From positions 480,001 through 512,000 of the forward strand of contig NC_007517.1 in NCBI RefSeq assembly GCF_000012925.1: 32,000 nt of DNA. Reading direction: 5' to 3'. Source of the DNA: Geobacter metallireducens GS-15. Lineage in GTDB: Bacteria; Desulfobacterota; Desulfuromonadia; Geobacterales; Geobacteraceae. Every line of letters begins with the position of its first letter. Positions within the stretch are counted from its first letter, which is position 1. Of this stretch, positions 17,417 through 25,593 are shown piece after piece. A model generated the notes under the pieces. It saw only the letters and a program-made list of their open reading frames with translations, ran no database searches and was not told the DNA's origin. The position numbers and the translations under genes are program-made.

Positions 17417-18824
17417 GGGCTACCTTCCATCCGAAGAAAGATTGTGCATTAGCATAGAAAAGGTCACGGCAAAACTCATCGATGTCAACCTGATCGGGGT
17501 TGAAAAGACCGGATTCCAGATCGTCAGCCAAACGTAGCGTTATGGCTTTACGGAAATATTCGTGACGGGCCGTTGAGAGAAAACTTCGGGAGTCTGATGC
17601 CATGCCGACGAAAGTTCCGAGAACACCAACAGCGCATTGAGCGTTCAGGTGGTCCTCTATGCCGTATATCTGGTCGAGAAACCACCAAGGGGGACCGTGC
17701 TGAACTTTCCCTCGAATTCCCTCTCCCCAAAAACTTCCGGCAATGGTCGCGAACATTAACGTGTCACGGGGATTCGAATTGAACAGAATCGTTTTCGGCA
17801 ACCGCTCGGAGGTGTCCAGTTGATCGAGGAACGCAACGAGAGACTCCCCCTGCGGGAAATCTCCTATAGAGTCGCAACCTGCATCCAGGCCGTATGATGA
17901 AAAAATTCGGGTGTTGTTGTTCCTGCGAGCCCCAAGGTGCAACATCATCGTCCAGCCGGATTCGTGATTCCATTCTGCGATCTGGCGCATGAACCAACTG
18001 CGCCATTTTTCGAGATCATCAGCGTCGATATCGGAAGAACTTAAAAGCAACCGGCTGAAGATGGTGGTGGCTTCGGCGTCCGAGCAAGGAGTTGCGTAGC
18101 ACCGGTCCATCCCATGGTCGGAGACCCGGCATCCGAGTTTGTGGAAGAATTCATATCGGACCCGAAGCGCCTCCATGAATGTTTGTAACGACTCTATTGC
18201 GATGCCGGAACATGCTTCGAGCCGTGAGCGCCAATCGTGAAAATTCTGGCGGGTGTGGAGGCAAAGCGCGGAGTCAGGGCGAAAGGTCGGGAAAACCCGA
18301 AAAGAGACCTCCTTATCTTCTACAAGTTGGCGGTGCGCTTCCAACTGGTCGGCTGGATCGTCAGTGGTGCAGAGGACTTCGACGCCAGCTCTTGCCAGTA
18401 ACTTCCGTGGCCGGAAGTTTTCGGTCGCGAGCATCGAGTTCGCCTCTTCCCATATGCACTCTGCAGAAGACGGTGTCAGCGGAGCCGTTATGCCGAAAGT
18501 CCGCTTGAGCTCAATCTGGCACCACGCCTGCATTGGGCTTGAGGCCATCCGCGTGATGGTGCGAGCCCACGCATCAAACCGTTCTTTTGGCGACGCTGAG
18601 CCGGTGCACAGATCCTCGCGCTCACCGGCTATCCGCATGGCTCGCCATTTATAGTGGTCTCCTTCGATCCACAGTTCCGAAAGATCCCTGAAGTGGGCAT
18701 TACTGGCAAGCCTTGCCGGCGGCAGATGGCCGTGATAGTCAATGATTGGCAAGGAGGCATGTCGCTCGTACAGGGTAAGGGCGTTTTCTCTTACAGATGC
18801 CGTGAAATTACGCCTAATCGTCAT
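17403..18824 (-). CDS. uxaC: Glucuronate (uronate) isomerase UxaC-family protein
   Basis: 473 aa. LYERHASLPIIDYHGHLPPARLASNAHFRDLSELWIEGDHYKWRAMRIAGEREDLCTGSASPKERFDAWA...QIELKRTFGI is a clear UxaC N-terminal signature, including the HxH metal motif. Confidence 0.8.
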   Translation of the reverse strand: MTIRRNFTASVRENALTLYERHASLPIIDYHGHLPPARLASNAHFRDLSELWIEGDHYKWRAMRIAGEREDLCTGSASPKERFDAWARTITRMASSPMQAWCQIELKRTFGITAPLTPSSAECIWEEANSMLATENFRPRKLLARAGVEVLCTTDDPADQLEAHRQLVEDKEVSFRVFPTFRPDSALCLHTRQNFHDWRSRLEACSGIAIESLQTFMEALRVRYEFFHKLGCRVSDHGMDRCYATPCSDAEATTIFSRLLLSSSDIDADDLEKWRSWFMRQIAEWNHESGWTMMLHLGARRNNNTRIFSSYGLDAGCDSIGDFPQGESLVAFLDQLDTSERLPKTILFNSNPRDTLMFATIAGSFWGEGIRGKVQHGPPWWFLDQIYGIEDHLNAQCAVGVLGTFVGMASDSRSFLSTARHEYFRKAITLRLADDLESGLFNPDQVDIDEFCRDLFYANAQSFFGWKVAHGNS

Positions 18825-18873
18825 GATGATTCCTTTTCCTGCATTTGAGAATCAGTGTCAAATCGCTTAGACA

Positions 18874-19758
18874 TCAGCGTCGAACAAAACGGATCAACTG
18901 TGTCGAGCCTAGATCACCCAGTTTGGCCAGCGTATCGAACAACTGCTTGTAGGGCTGCGGGATGATACTTCCTGGGGCGTTTGCCCCAAATGACGCAACT
19001 TGAACGGCGGTAAACCCGTAACGATCAAATTGACGCAGAATGCCTTCCCTGCTTGGAAGCTGAAGATGCTGAACAGGAAGAAAATGGTGCCATTGCGGTC
19101 CTAGAATTTGGGCATGAACATGGGCGCGGGGAGTTTGGATAAGAACCTGACCTCCTGATTTCACTCTCCGGGATAGCGTTGTCAGTAATCCGGGGAGATC
19201 GGCTATATGTTCGTAGACATCCCAAAGAGTGACGATGTCGGTTAGACTCTCTCCTGCCAGCCACTCGTTGATTGGTTCGAAGTTGTGCCCCCGAACCGCA
19301 AGATGAAGAGTGTCTTCTCGTGGGTAATCGACAGCCGTTGTCTTTCCCATATTCGGTTGTGTTGCCCGGCAGACGTCAAGGAAAACGCCATCGTATGCAC
19401 CGAAATCCACAAGGTCTTTGCCTTGCTCCAACTCTAGGCCTATATCGTTGATGCTTAAACGGTATTCCCGCTCTCTGGTTTCCCGCCACTCATCGCTATA
19501 TCGCTTTCCATCATTTGCGTCGGTGTTTGTCGCTGCCATTTTATGGTGGACTGAATAGTCAGAATAAAATGCATTCAGGCGCTCAATGTCCGGTTCGCGG
19601 CCTATGGACCATGACCCACACGCTCCACAGAGAATCCAGGTCGTCTCGTAAGGCTGCTGACCCGACGTTACTGTCGTTTCGGTCAATGTCTCCCCGCATA
19701 TCCGGCAGACCGTAGTTTGTCTGTCCCCACAGAATGATTTTATTGTCTCGGCAACCAT
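18874..19758 (-). CDS. Class I SAM-dependent methyltransferase with an N-terminal Cys4 zinc ribbon
   Basis: CRICG...CGACG is followed by LVDFGAYDGVFLD (motif I) and DIVTLWDVYEHIADLPGLLTTLSRRVKSGGQVLIQTP. I prefer the ATG at 19758 (RBS aaagga, 6-nt spacing) over 19824. Confidence 0.8.
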   Translation of the reverse strand: MVAETIKSFCGDRQTTVCRICGETLTETTVTSGQQPYETTWILCGACGSWSIGREPDIERLNAFYSDYSVHHKMAATNTDANDGKRYSDEWRETREREYRLSINDIGLELEQGKDLVDFGAYDGVFLDVCRATQPNMGKTTAVDYPREDTLHLAVRGHNFEPINEWLAGESLTDIVTLWDVYEHIADLPGLLTTLSRRVKSGGQVLIQTPRAHVHAQILGPQWHHFLPVQHLQLPSREGILRQFDRYGFTAVQVASFGANAPGSIIPQPYKQLFDTLAKLGDLGSTQLIRFVRR

Positions 19759-19768
19759 TTCGTATCCT

Positions 19769-20686
19769 TTAATCAGTTCGCCGTGAATAAAGACATACTT
19801 CACGACCAATGTTGAGATTGGCAAGGCTTTGGTACAACGATCTCTTGACTGATGTTAGCCCAGCGGCGGCGAGGTTGGTTTCGAACTGCATGCGTTTCGC
19901 GTGACATGCACGACCTCGCGTGTCATTTCCTATATAGTTGTCACCCATAAGCAGGAACAGATCGATAGGAAAAGTTGATTCCTTGCACGTAACTTCAAAT
20001 CCGCTTCTCGTCAACAAATGTTCCAGGGATTCGAAGTCGAAGAAATTGATGTGATGGGGAGGGGCAACCCACCACGGTTGGAAATTACAGGCCGTGCGAA
20101 GGGCCAGTTGAAATGGGTTGTAGTCGTTCGGAACGACGACGCAGAGAATTCCCTCGGGGGTTAGGTTCTTTCGGACAATGCCGAGGAAATGTTCAGGATC
20201 GGGGATGTGCTCCAGTACCGCACTCATGTGTATGACATCAAATAGCCCGAGTTGAATCGCAGTGTCGGTCGAGAAAAACTCCTCGATGATGTCGAGGCCC
20301 ATTTCCCGGCTGTGAGCCGCTGCTCGGGCCGAGGGTTCAATCCCGACTGTTTCCCATCCGCGGTCTTTGCCATGTTTCAGGAAAAAGCCGGGGCCTGACC
20401 CTATATCGAGGATACGGCGGCGCTTTTGGGGGAGCAGTTCTTCAAAGGTGTCGTAACGATCACCATAAACCAGATTCCACCAGTCCAGATCCTCCCGGTA
20501 ACGTTCCAGGTAAAGAGGTTTCTCGGATGTATAGTATTCGTGCCGATAAACCTCTTCCAGTTCTTCCGCTGACGGAATCGGAACGATATGCTTAAAACCG
20601 CATTTGCTGCAGTCGATGACATCAAATCCCTTGACTGAGTCGCAGACTTCACCTTCATGATCACACCAGGTTTTCTTTTCAGCCAT
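19769..20686 (-). CDS. Class I SAM-dependent methyltransferase with an N-terminal zinc ribbon (paralogous architecture to 18874-19758)
   Basis: CDHEGEVC...CSKCG is followed by RILDIGSGPGFF and FDVIHMSAVLEHIPDPEHFLGIVRKNLTPEGILCVVVPN. The ATG at 20686 overlaps the pseF-pseG stop by 8 nt; an alternative TTG lies at 20716. Confidence 0.8.
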   Translation of the reverse strand: MAEKKTWCDHEGEVCDSVKGFDVIDCSKCGFKHIVPIPSAEELEEVYRHEYYTSEKPLYLERYREDLDWWNLVYGDRYDTFEELLPQKRRRILDIGSGPGFFLKHGKDRGWETVGIEPSARAAAHSREMGLDIIEEFFSTDTAIQLGLFDVIHMSAVLEHIPDPEHFLGIVRKNLTPEGILCVVVPNDYNPFQLALRTACNFQPWWVAPPHHINFFDFESLEHLLTRSGFEVTCKESTFPIDLFLLMGDNYIGNDTRGRACHAKRMQFETNLAAAGLTSVKRSLYQSLANLNIGREVCLYSRRTD

Positions 20687-22460
20687 GAGAAGAATGCATC
20701 CTTTCCAGTTTTTCAACGATCTTCGTGGCTATCCGCGTCGCACCGTACCCATCGACAGTGGCGCAGGCGCGGCGTCCCACTTCGTGTCTGAGTTCCCGAG
20801 AGTCAAGAAGTGATAATGTCGATTCGATAATCCTCTCATTGCTGCATTCTTCGAGTACGCCGCAACTGAAAGCAAGCCGGTCATCGACAAACTTTGAGGC
20901 CGAACGGGCGTGATCCGGAGTCAGGCATAAATACACTGCCGGTACGCCGGATGCTGCCAACTCGTAAGCTGTTACACCAAAAGACGCGATGGCCAGATCG
21001 GCTTGTCGCATGAGTGATGCCATGTCGCTTACTTCCCGTTCGATACGGTAGTGGCGTCGGGCTTGGGAGAGAAACTGCTGCAGGTCCTCTTCATGGACAA
21101 AACCTGCCCCTATAACCACGATCGTTTCAAAATCATTCTGCAATTCGTCAAGGACGCGGAGAACCCTAACAGTGAAATTCGCAGGGTCACTCCCTCCCAT
21201 GGTGAGAAGGAGTGCTGGAGGATTGTTGTTGCGCGGGGGGCAGGGCGCGCAGAATTGTTTGCGGAGTAAAACCCACTCCCAACCGCTGCAGATCTCACCG
21301 TTGAAATTATTCCAATTCAGTTCTGAAATCTGAGGGATGGGAGGATAGAAAAGGAGATCGGCTGCAAGGCGTCGAGGCGTAGGATCATCTATGCCAACGA
21401 CCAGAATGCCATCCTCGCGCCAGGAATCGACTTTTTCCACGGGCAAATCGTTCCGTATATCGAGTATCAGGACGTCGGGGTGATGGCGCGAAATCAGTCC
21501 ATCCATCCATTCCCCTTCGTCTGCATCTTCCTGCCGTTCGAGCGGAAAATCCGCTTGGCGCACCATTTTCATGCCGGGTTCGCCGCTGGCCATGGCGAAG
21601 ATTATACCGCAGCCCTGCTTCTCTCGCAGTTCTCCTGCAAGAGCCAGGCAACGAACCACATGCCCGAGGCCGGTACGACTATCGCCATCGCAACGAATGA
21701 GAACCTTGTGGCTCCGGTCGGTTGCTTTTTTCTGATAGACATGTTGATTGATTTGAAGCAGGTGAGGATTGTTCCTGAGAAGTCGTACGACGTCGGCAAT
21801 ATCGGCATCCCCCGCAGGAACGCCGAGAAGCCGGTAAAGTTCATCGAAAAATTGCACATCCGCCGGAGTATCGACAGACAGCCGGGCGCCTTTGAAGCGG
21901 TGTTCGTTGCCGACTGGAATCCGGGCAATATGAAATTTGTCCGGGTGTGCAATGAAGTAGGCCGTTACATGCTCAATGGCCACCGGATCATCGGGGGCTT
22001 CGGTCATGAGCCTCTTCAGGGCTCCACGCGTGAAGGTGCAGAACCCTTCGTGAATGGAATTAATCCCTGCTTCGATAGTGCAGTACTCAGCCCCTTCCTG
22101 CAAGAGGGTTCGCACCAACCGGTCCATTACCTCGGGATCCACCAAGGGAGCATCGCCAGTAACACGAATGATGACATCGGCATCAACCTCTTCTGCCGCC
22201 TTGTTGAAGCGCAAGAGGACATTGTCCTCGGAGCCTCTCACCAGGGTAACCCCTCGCGTTTGGGCGAAGTCAACCAGAGGGTCGTCGCAGGGCTTGTCCG
22301 ATGTGGCGATAACTATGTCATCGAGAGTGCGGCTGCGGCGAAGGCGGTCAATAATATGCTCAAGCAGCGGTTTGCCCGCCACTGTCATGAGCACCTTTCC
22401 CGGCAGGCGCGAAGAACCCATGCGGGCTTGAATGACAGCTACAATTTTCTTTTTAGCCAT
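20679..22460 (-). CDS. Bifunctional cytidylyltransferase (PseF/SpsF-like) fused to UDP-2,4-diacetamido-2,4,6-trideoxy-L-altropyranose hydrolase (PseG-like)
   Basis: The N-terminal half has KIVAVIQARMGSSRLPGKVLMTVAGKPLLEHIIDRL...IRVTGDAPLVDP (CTP-transferase-3 type). From about aa 250 it has VLIRCDGDSRTGLGHVVRCLALAGEL and LLTMGGSDPANFT (PseG/SpsG type). Confidence 0.8.
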   Translation of the reverse strand: MAKKKIVAVIQARMGSSRLPGKVLMTVAGKPLLEHIIDRLRRSRTLDDIVIATSDKPCDDPLVDFAQTRGVTLVRGSEDNVLLRFNKAAEEVDADVIIRVTGDAPLVDPEVMDRLVRTLLQEGAEYCTIEAGINSIHEGFCTFTRGALKRLMTEAPDDPVAIEHVTAYFIAHPDKFHIARIPVGNEHRFKGARLSVDTPADVQFFDELYRLLGVPAGDADIADVVRLLRNNPHLLQINQHVYQKKATDRSHKVLIRCDGDSRTGLGHVVRCLALAGELREKQGCGIIFAMASGEPGMKMVRQADFPLERQEDADEGEWMDGLISRHHPDVLILDIRNDLPVEKVDSWREDGILVVGIDDPTPRRLAADLLFYPPIPQISELNWNNFNGEICSGWEWVLLRKQFCAPCPPRNNNPPALLLTMGGSDPANFTVRVLRVLDELQNDFETIVVIGAGFVHEEDLQQFLSQARRHYRIEREVSDMASLMRQADLAIASFGVTAYELAASGVPAVYLCLTPDHARSASKFVDDRLAFSCGVLEECSNERIIESTLSLLDSRELRHEVGRRACATVDGYGATRIATKIVEKLERMHSSHG

Positions 22461-23313
22461 TCCATTCGTTCCTTACATGCAGAAAAGGTCTCAAGCCGTC
22501 GGAAGGGTCGGCACGCCATTCGCGGTCAGGGAACTCAACGGGGGTGGGCACCTTTTCTCCTGTGCCGTCTGCAGACAGAGCAGTGCTCACATCCGCAATG
22601 ACGGCTTTGATTCCGTCAGGGAGCCAGCAATGGCCGGTCGCGAACTCTTCTCCCTCACCTTCCAGGTCGAGATGGAACTCCACTGCACTGGCTTCCCACT
22701 GATGCACTGCCCGCTGGATTACTGCAGGGGAGACGCTATGGTCGGACCAGCCTACCGGGCAACCGAAGCGTGAGCGAATGGTTTCAATGGCTGCGAGGTT
22801 GCACTCTTCTGGGGGGGCAGGATACCCGGAAACACAGTGGAGCAGGGTAAGATCCCTGCACCCCGCTGTGCGCAGCATTTCCACCGCACCGCCAATCTCG
22901 TCCAGTGTGGCCATCCCTGTTGAAAGGATCACGGGTTTTCCGGTCGCGGCACATGCCCGTAACAGGTCATTCCAGAGAAGCTCATATGATGCGATTTTAT
23001 AAAAATCCACATACGGCAAGAGCTCTTCTACCGCCTGGAGGTAAAAGGGGGTGCACGAAAACTGAATCCCCTGCTTTCGGCACCTCTCGGCGAGGGGAGA
23101 GAGAAATTCAACGGGGAGTTCCCATGCTTTCCGTGCCCTGAGCACGGGGCTCTTGGCGAGAACTTCCGGCGCGAAGAGTTCCTCGACTCGGAAAAGCTGG
23201 AACTTTACCGCTCCACAGCCTACGGCCGCTGCGGTGTCGATGAAGCGAAAGCAGCGCTCCAGGTCGCGGTGGTGATTGCTGGATACCTCTGCTACGAAAA
23301 GGGGGCTGCTCAT
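22453..23313 (-). CDS. pseI: NeuB-family nonulosonate synthase (PseI-like), short form without the C-terminal SAF domain
   Basis: 286 aa. FVAEVSSNHHRDLERCFRFIDTAAAVGCGAVKFQLF...FYKIASYEL...KPVILSTGMATLDEI...LLHCVSGYPAP...GWSDHS is a NeuB TIM-barrel signature. It is about 55-60 aa shorter than a typical PseI. An RBS (aggag) lies upstream. Confidence 0.75.
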   Translation of the reverse strand: MSSPLFVAEVSSNHHRDLERCFRFIDTAAAVGCGAVKFQLFRVEELFAPEVLAKSPVLRARKAWELPVEFLSPLAERCRKQGIQFSCTPFYLQAVEELLPYVDFYKIASYELLWNDLLRACAATGKPVILSTGMATLDEIGGAVEMLRTAGCRDLTLLHCVSGYPAPPEECNLAAIETIRSRFGCPVGWSDHSVSPAVIQRAVHQWEASAVEFHLDLEGEGEEFATGHCWLPDGIKAVIADVSTALSADGTGEKVPTPVEFPDREWRADPSDGLRPFLHVRNEWNG

Positions 23314-23534
23314 GTGTTCTCCTGAAGTCGGCCTGTAATTGGTTCAAGAGCCTTTTGAAATATCACTATACCCGCTCCTTATCTACACTCTTCAGTCGGG
23401 CGAGAAGAAAAGGCAAAATGGTTTCTCCACAGAAGCTTCCCGTCTCGAGGCAATGCCCTTTGCGAAGATCAAGGGGCTGCCAGCAGGGTTGAGAGTCTTG
23501 AGAGTCTTCTGGAGGTCAATAATGTTTGACCTGT

Positions 23535-25553
23535 TCATGCTTTCCGTGCAGCAATTTTCATCTGTCCGTGATATTCGTCGCCAGAACTCACTTCAAGACA
23601 CTGGAATCCATACTTTTTCAATAGAATTCTTATCGAGATGAAATCATAGAGCACGGGATGGAGGGGGGCGTCGAGATGACGCCATTGCTCGCCGGCATAT
23701 GCGGCATCGGCCGAATTTATGTTGGGCGTATTGAGCAGGATGAGCCCCCCTTGCTTGAGAATTCTGCGGAGAATGGTTAGAAAAGGTGCAGGATTTGCAA
23801 TATGTTCGAGGACATCCCACGCGGTGACAACATCAAAAGTTTCGTCGTCAAAGCTGGATTCGAGCAGTGTTCCCGTGGTTACCGCCAAACCATACTTTTC
23901 TCGCGCAACTTCTGCGGCTTTGTCTGAAATCTCGATGCCGCATACATCCCAATACCTGAGGCTGGCTTCCCAGAGGAACGCCCCGGTGGAGCAGCCAATG
24001 TCCAGTAATTTGCCTCGGGGGAATTTCAACTCTTCTGGAACATACTTTTCGACAAAATCCATCCGTCGCTGATGGAGAAAAAACGAGTTTGGATTTGGCG
24101 TGTCCAGATTCGGATCCCATCCCATTTTCTGTCTGTGTTGGGGGGAATAGTAAATCTCATTGTAAAATTTGGTCAGGTATTCATCTGTGGGGCAAGGATT
24201 GAGAAAGACCGCCTGGCAATCCATGCATTGATCAAAGGTAGATTTGTAATCTTCATGGCCCAGGAACGAAAACTTTAAATTGAATTCCGTGCCTCCACAA
24301 ACAGGGCATGTGTTCAAGTCTTTGCAGTAATCGGCATAGTTATCTTCATCTATTGCCAGTATGCTGCGCGACGTTTGAGTTTTTGGTTGTTGCGGGCGGT
24401 TCAAAAAGTTGATCGCTGCAAGTTTTTCCACTATCTGGTCGGCCCGGTGCCGATAGGTATGGTGGCGGAGGGTATGATCGTACAGGTCGGCAACCAGTTC
24501 TCGCCGCTCCTGCGCATGCGTAAGGAAATACTCACCTTTCTCCGCAAATTCGTCGAGATTTCTGAAGGTGATCTCTTCCCAGTGCGCAGGAAAAGCCCGA
24601 ATCATGTCGTCCCGGTAATCGTTCAGCATGAATGCCTTGGATGCGTAAGCGTCAAACGGTCGATTGTTGATGGCTTTTTCAAGCTGCAGGGAAGAGATGT
24701 TAAGATTCAATGCGTATTGCTGGAATGCCTTTGACAGTTCAGTGCCGTAGGGAACTTTTTCATGGAAAATGGCGTTCGGTTTGTCCCAACCATTCCCTCC
24801 GCCATAAATGTGCAGATCCACGCCTTCAATGCTGTCGAGGATATATTTCCTCATGACAGTGCTGCCCTTGCCGTGAATCTTGTAATAGATCATCTGCCAG
24901 AAACTGGCGGGTTCAGTCGTGTACACCTGATGGACAGCGCGATACTCCGGGGTTGAAAAAAACTGTTTGCAGATTTCAAATGTGGGAACTTCCATGTTAT
25001 GGAGCTTGGAATAGATTACCTCGTCAATGAATTTGTCTACGAGTTCTATCCCTACACAGTTCTGTTCAACGTGAGCCGATACTCCACCGACAAAACAGAC
25101 TGAAGATTCTATGCAGGGAGAGTCGAGTGCGATTGGGTGAAACCAGGTAGGATCAGTTGCCAAAAGAATATGGTCGCAGTTCTCCGTCCCGTCATTCCGA
25201 AGCAACTCCAGAAAACTATCATCCCAGACGAATTCATAATAATATTCCGGGAAATTGTTGATCTCGTCGGAGAGTCCATCGTTTCTCGCTAGATAGGGAC
25301 AATCGTAATGGAGCGAGACCAGCGGGATTCCCAATTCGCGGAGGGCATAACCGTTGGGGGATTTGCAGAACCCATTGTAACCATAGGCAAGAACGAAATC
25401 AGGCTGAAAAGAGCGTAGTTTGGTAAAGTCGAGTCCTTCCGTAGTCAGGTCGATTCCCCAAACTTCATGGCCTGCTTCGCGAAATCCGGTGATGTATCCA
25501 TCTATGACGAAAGGGGCAATAACCCCGGATGTCCTGAAAATTGCAATTTTCAT
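23535..25553 (-). CDS. Fusion protein: CgeB-like glycosyltransferase (DUF3880 / Glyco_trans_1_2 type) plus Zn-ribbon class I SAM methyltransferase
   Basis: In the N-terminal ~390 aa, ...LNLNISSLQLEKAINNRPFDAYASKAFMLNDYRDDM...FRNLDEFAEKGEYFLTHAQERRELVADLYDHTLRHHTYRHRADQI is CgeB-like. The C-terminal part has CPVCGG...CMDCQ, LLDIGCSTGAFL and FDVVTAWDVLEHIANPAPFLTILRRILKQGGLILLNTPN. Confidence 0.75.
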   Translation of the reverse strand: MKIAIFRTSGVIAPFVIDGYITGFREAGHEVWGIDLTTEGLDFTKLRSFQPDFVLAYGYNGFCKSPNGYALRELGIPLVSLHYDCPYLARNDGLSDEINNFPEYYYEFVWDDSFLELLRNDGTENCDHILLATDPTWFHPIALDSPCIESSVCFVGGVSAHVEQNCVGIELVDKFIDEVIYSKLHNMEVPTFEICKQFFSTPEYRAVHQVYTTEPASFWQMIYYKIHGKGSTVMRKYILDSIEGVDLHIYGGGNGWDKPNAIFHEKVPYGTELSKAFQQYALNLNISSLQLEKAINNRPFDAYASKAFMLNDYRDDMIRAFPAHWEEITFRNLDEFAEKGEYFLTHAQERRELVADLYDHTLRHHTYRHRADQIVEKLAAINFLNRPQQPKTQTSRSILAIDEDNYADYCKDLNTCPVCGGTEFNLKFSFLGHEDYKSTFDQCMDCQAVFLNPCPTDEYLTKFYNEIYYSPQHRQKMGWDPNLDTPNPNSFFLHQRRMDFVEKYVPEELKFPRGKLLDIGCSTGAFLWEASLRYWDVCGIEISDKAAEVAREKYGLAVTTGTLLESSFDDETFDVVTAWDVLEHIANPAPFLTILRRILKQGGLILLNTPNINSADAAYAGEQWRHLDAPLHPVLYDFISIRILLKKYGFQCLEVSSGDEYHGQMKIAARKA

Positions 25554-25593
25554 GCGTTAGTCGACCTCCTCGTATTTGTTCTTGCCCATCCGG

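Noticed and set aside
23339-23641. 100-aa plus-strand ORF in the pseI / GT-MT gap
   Set aside because: It runs antisense into the 3' end of the 672-aa gene, has no RBS, and has an implausible composition. The gap is treated as non-coding.
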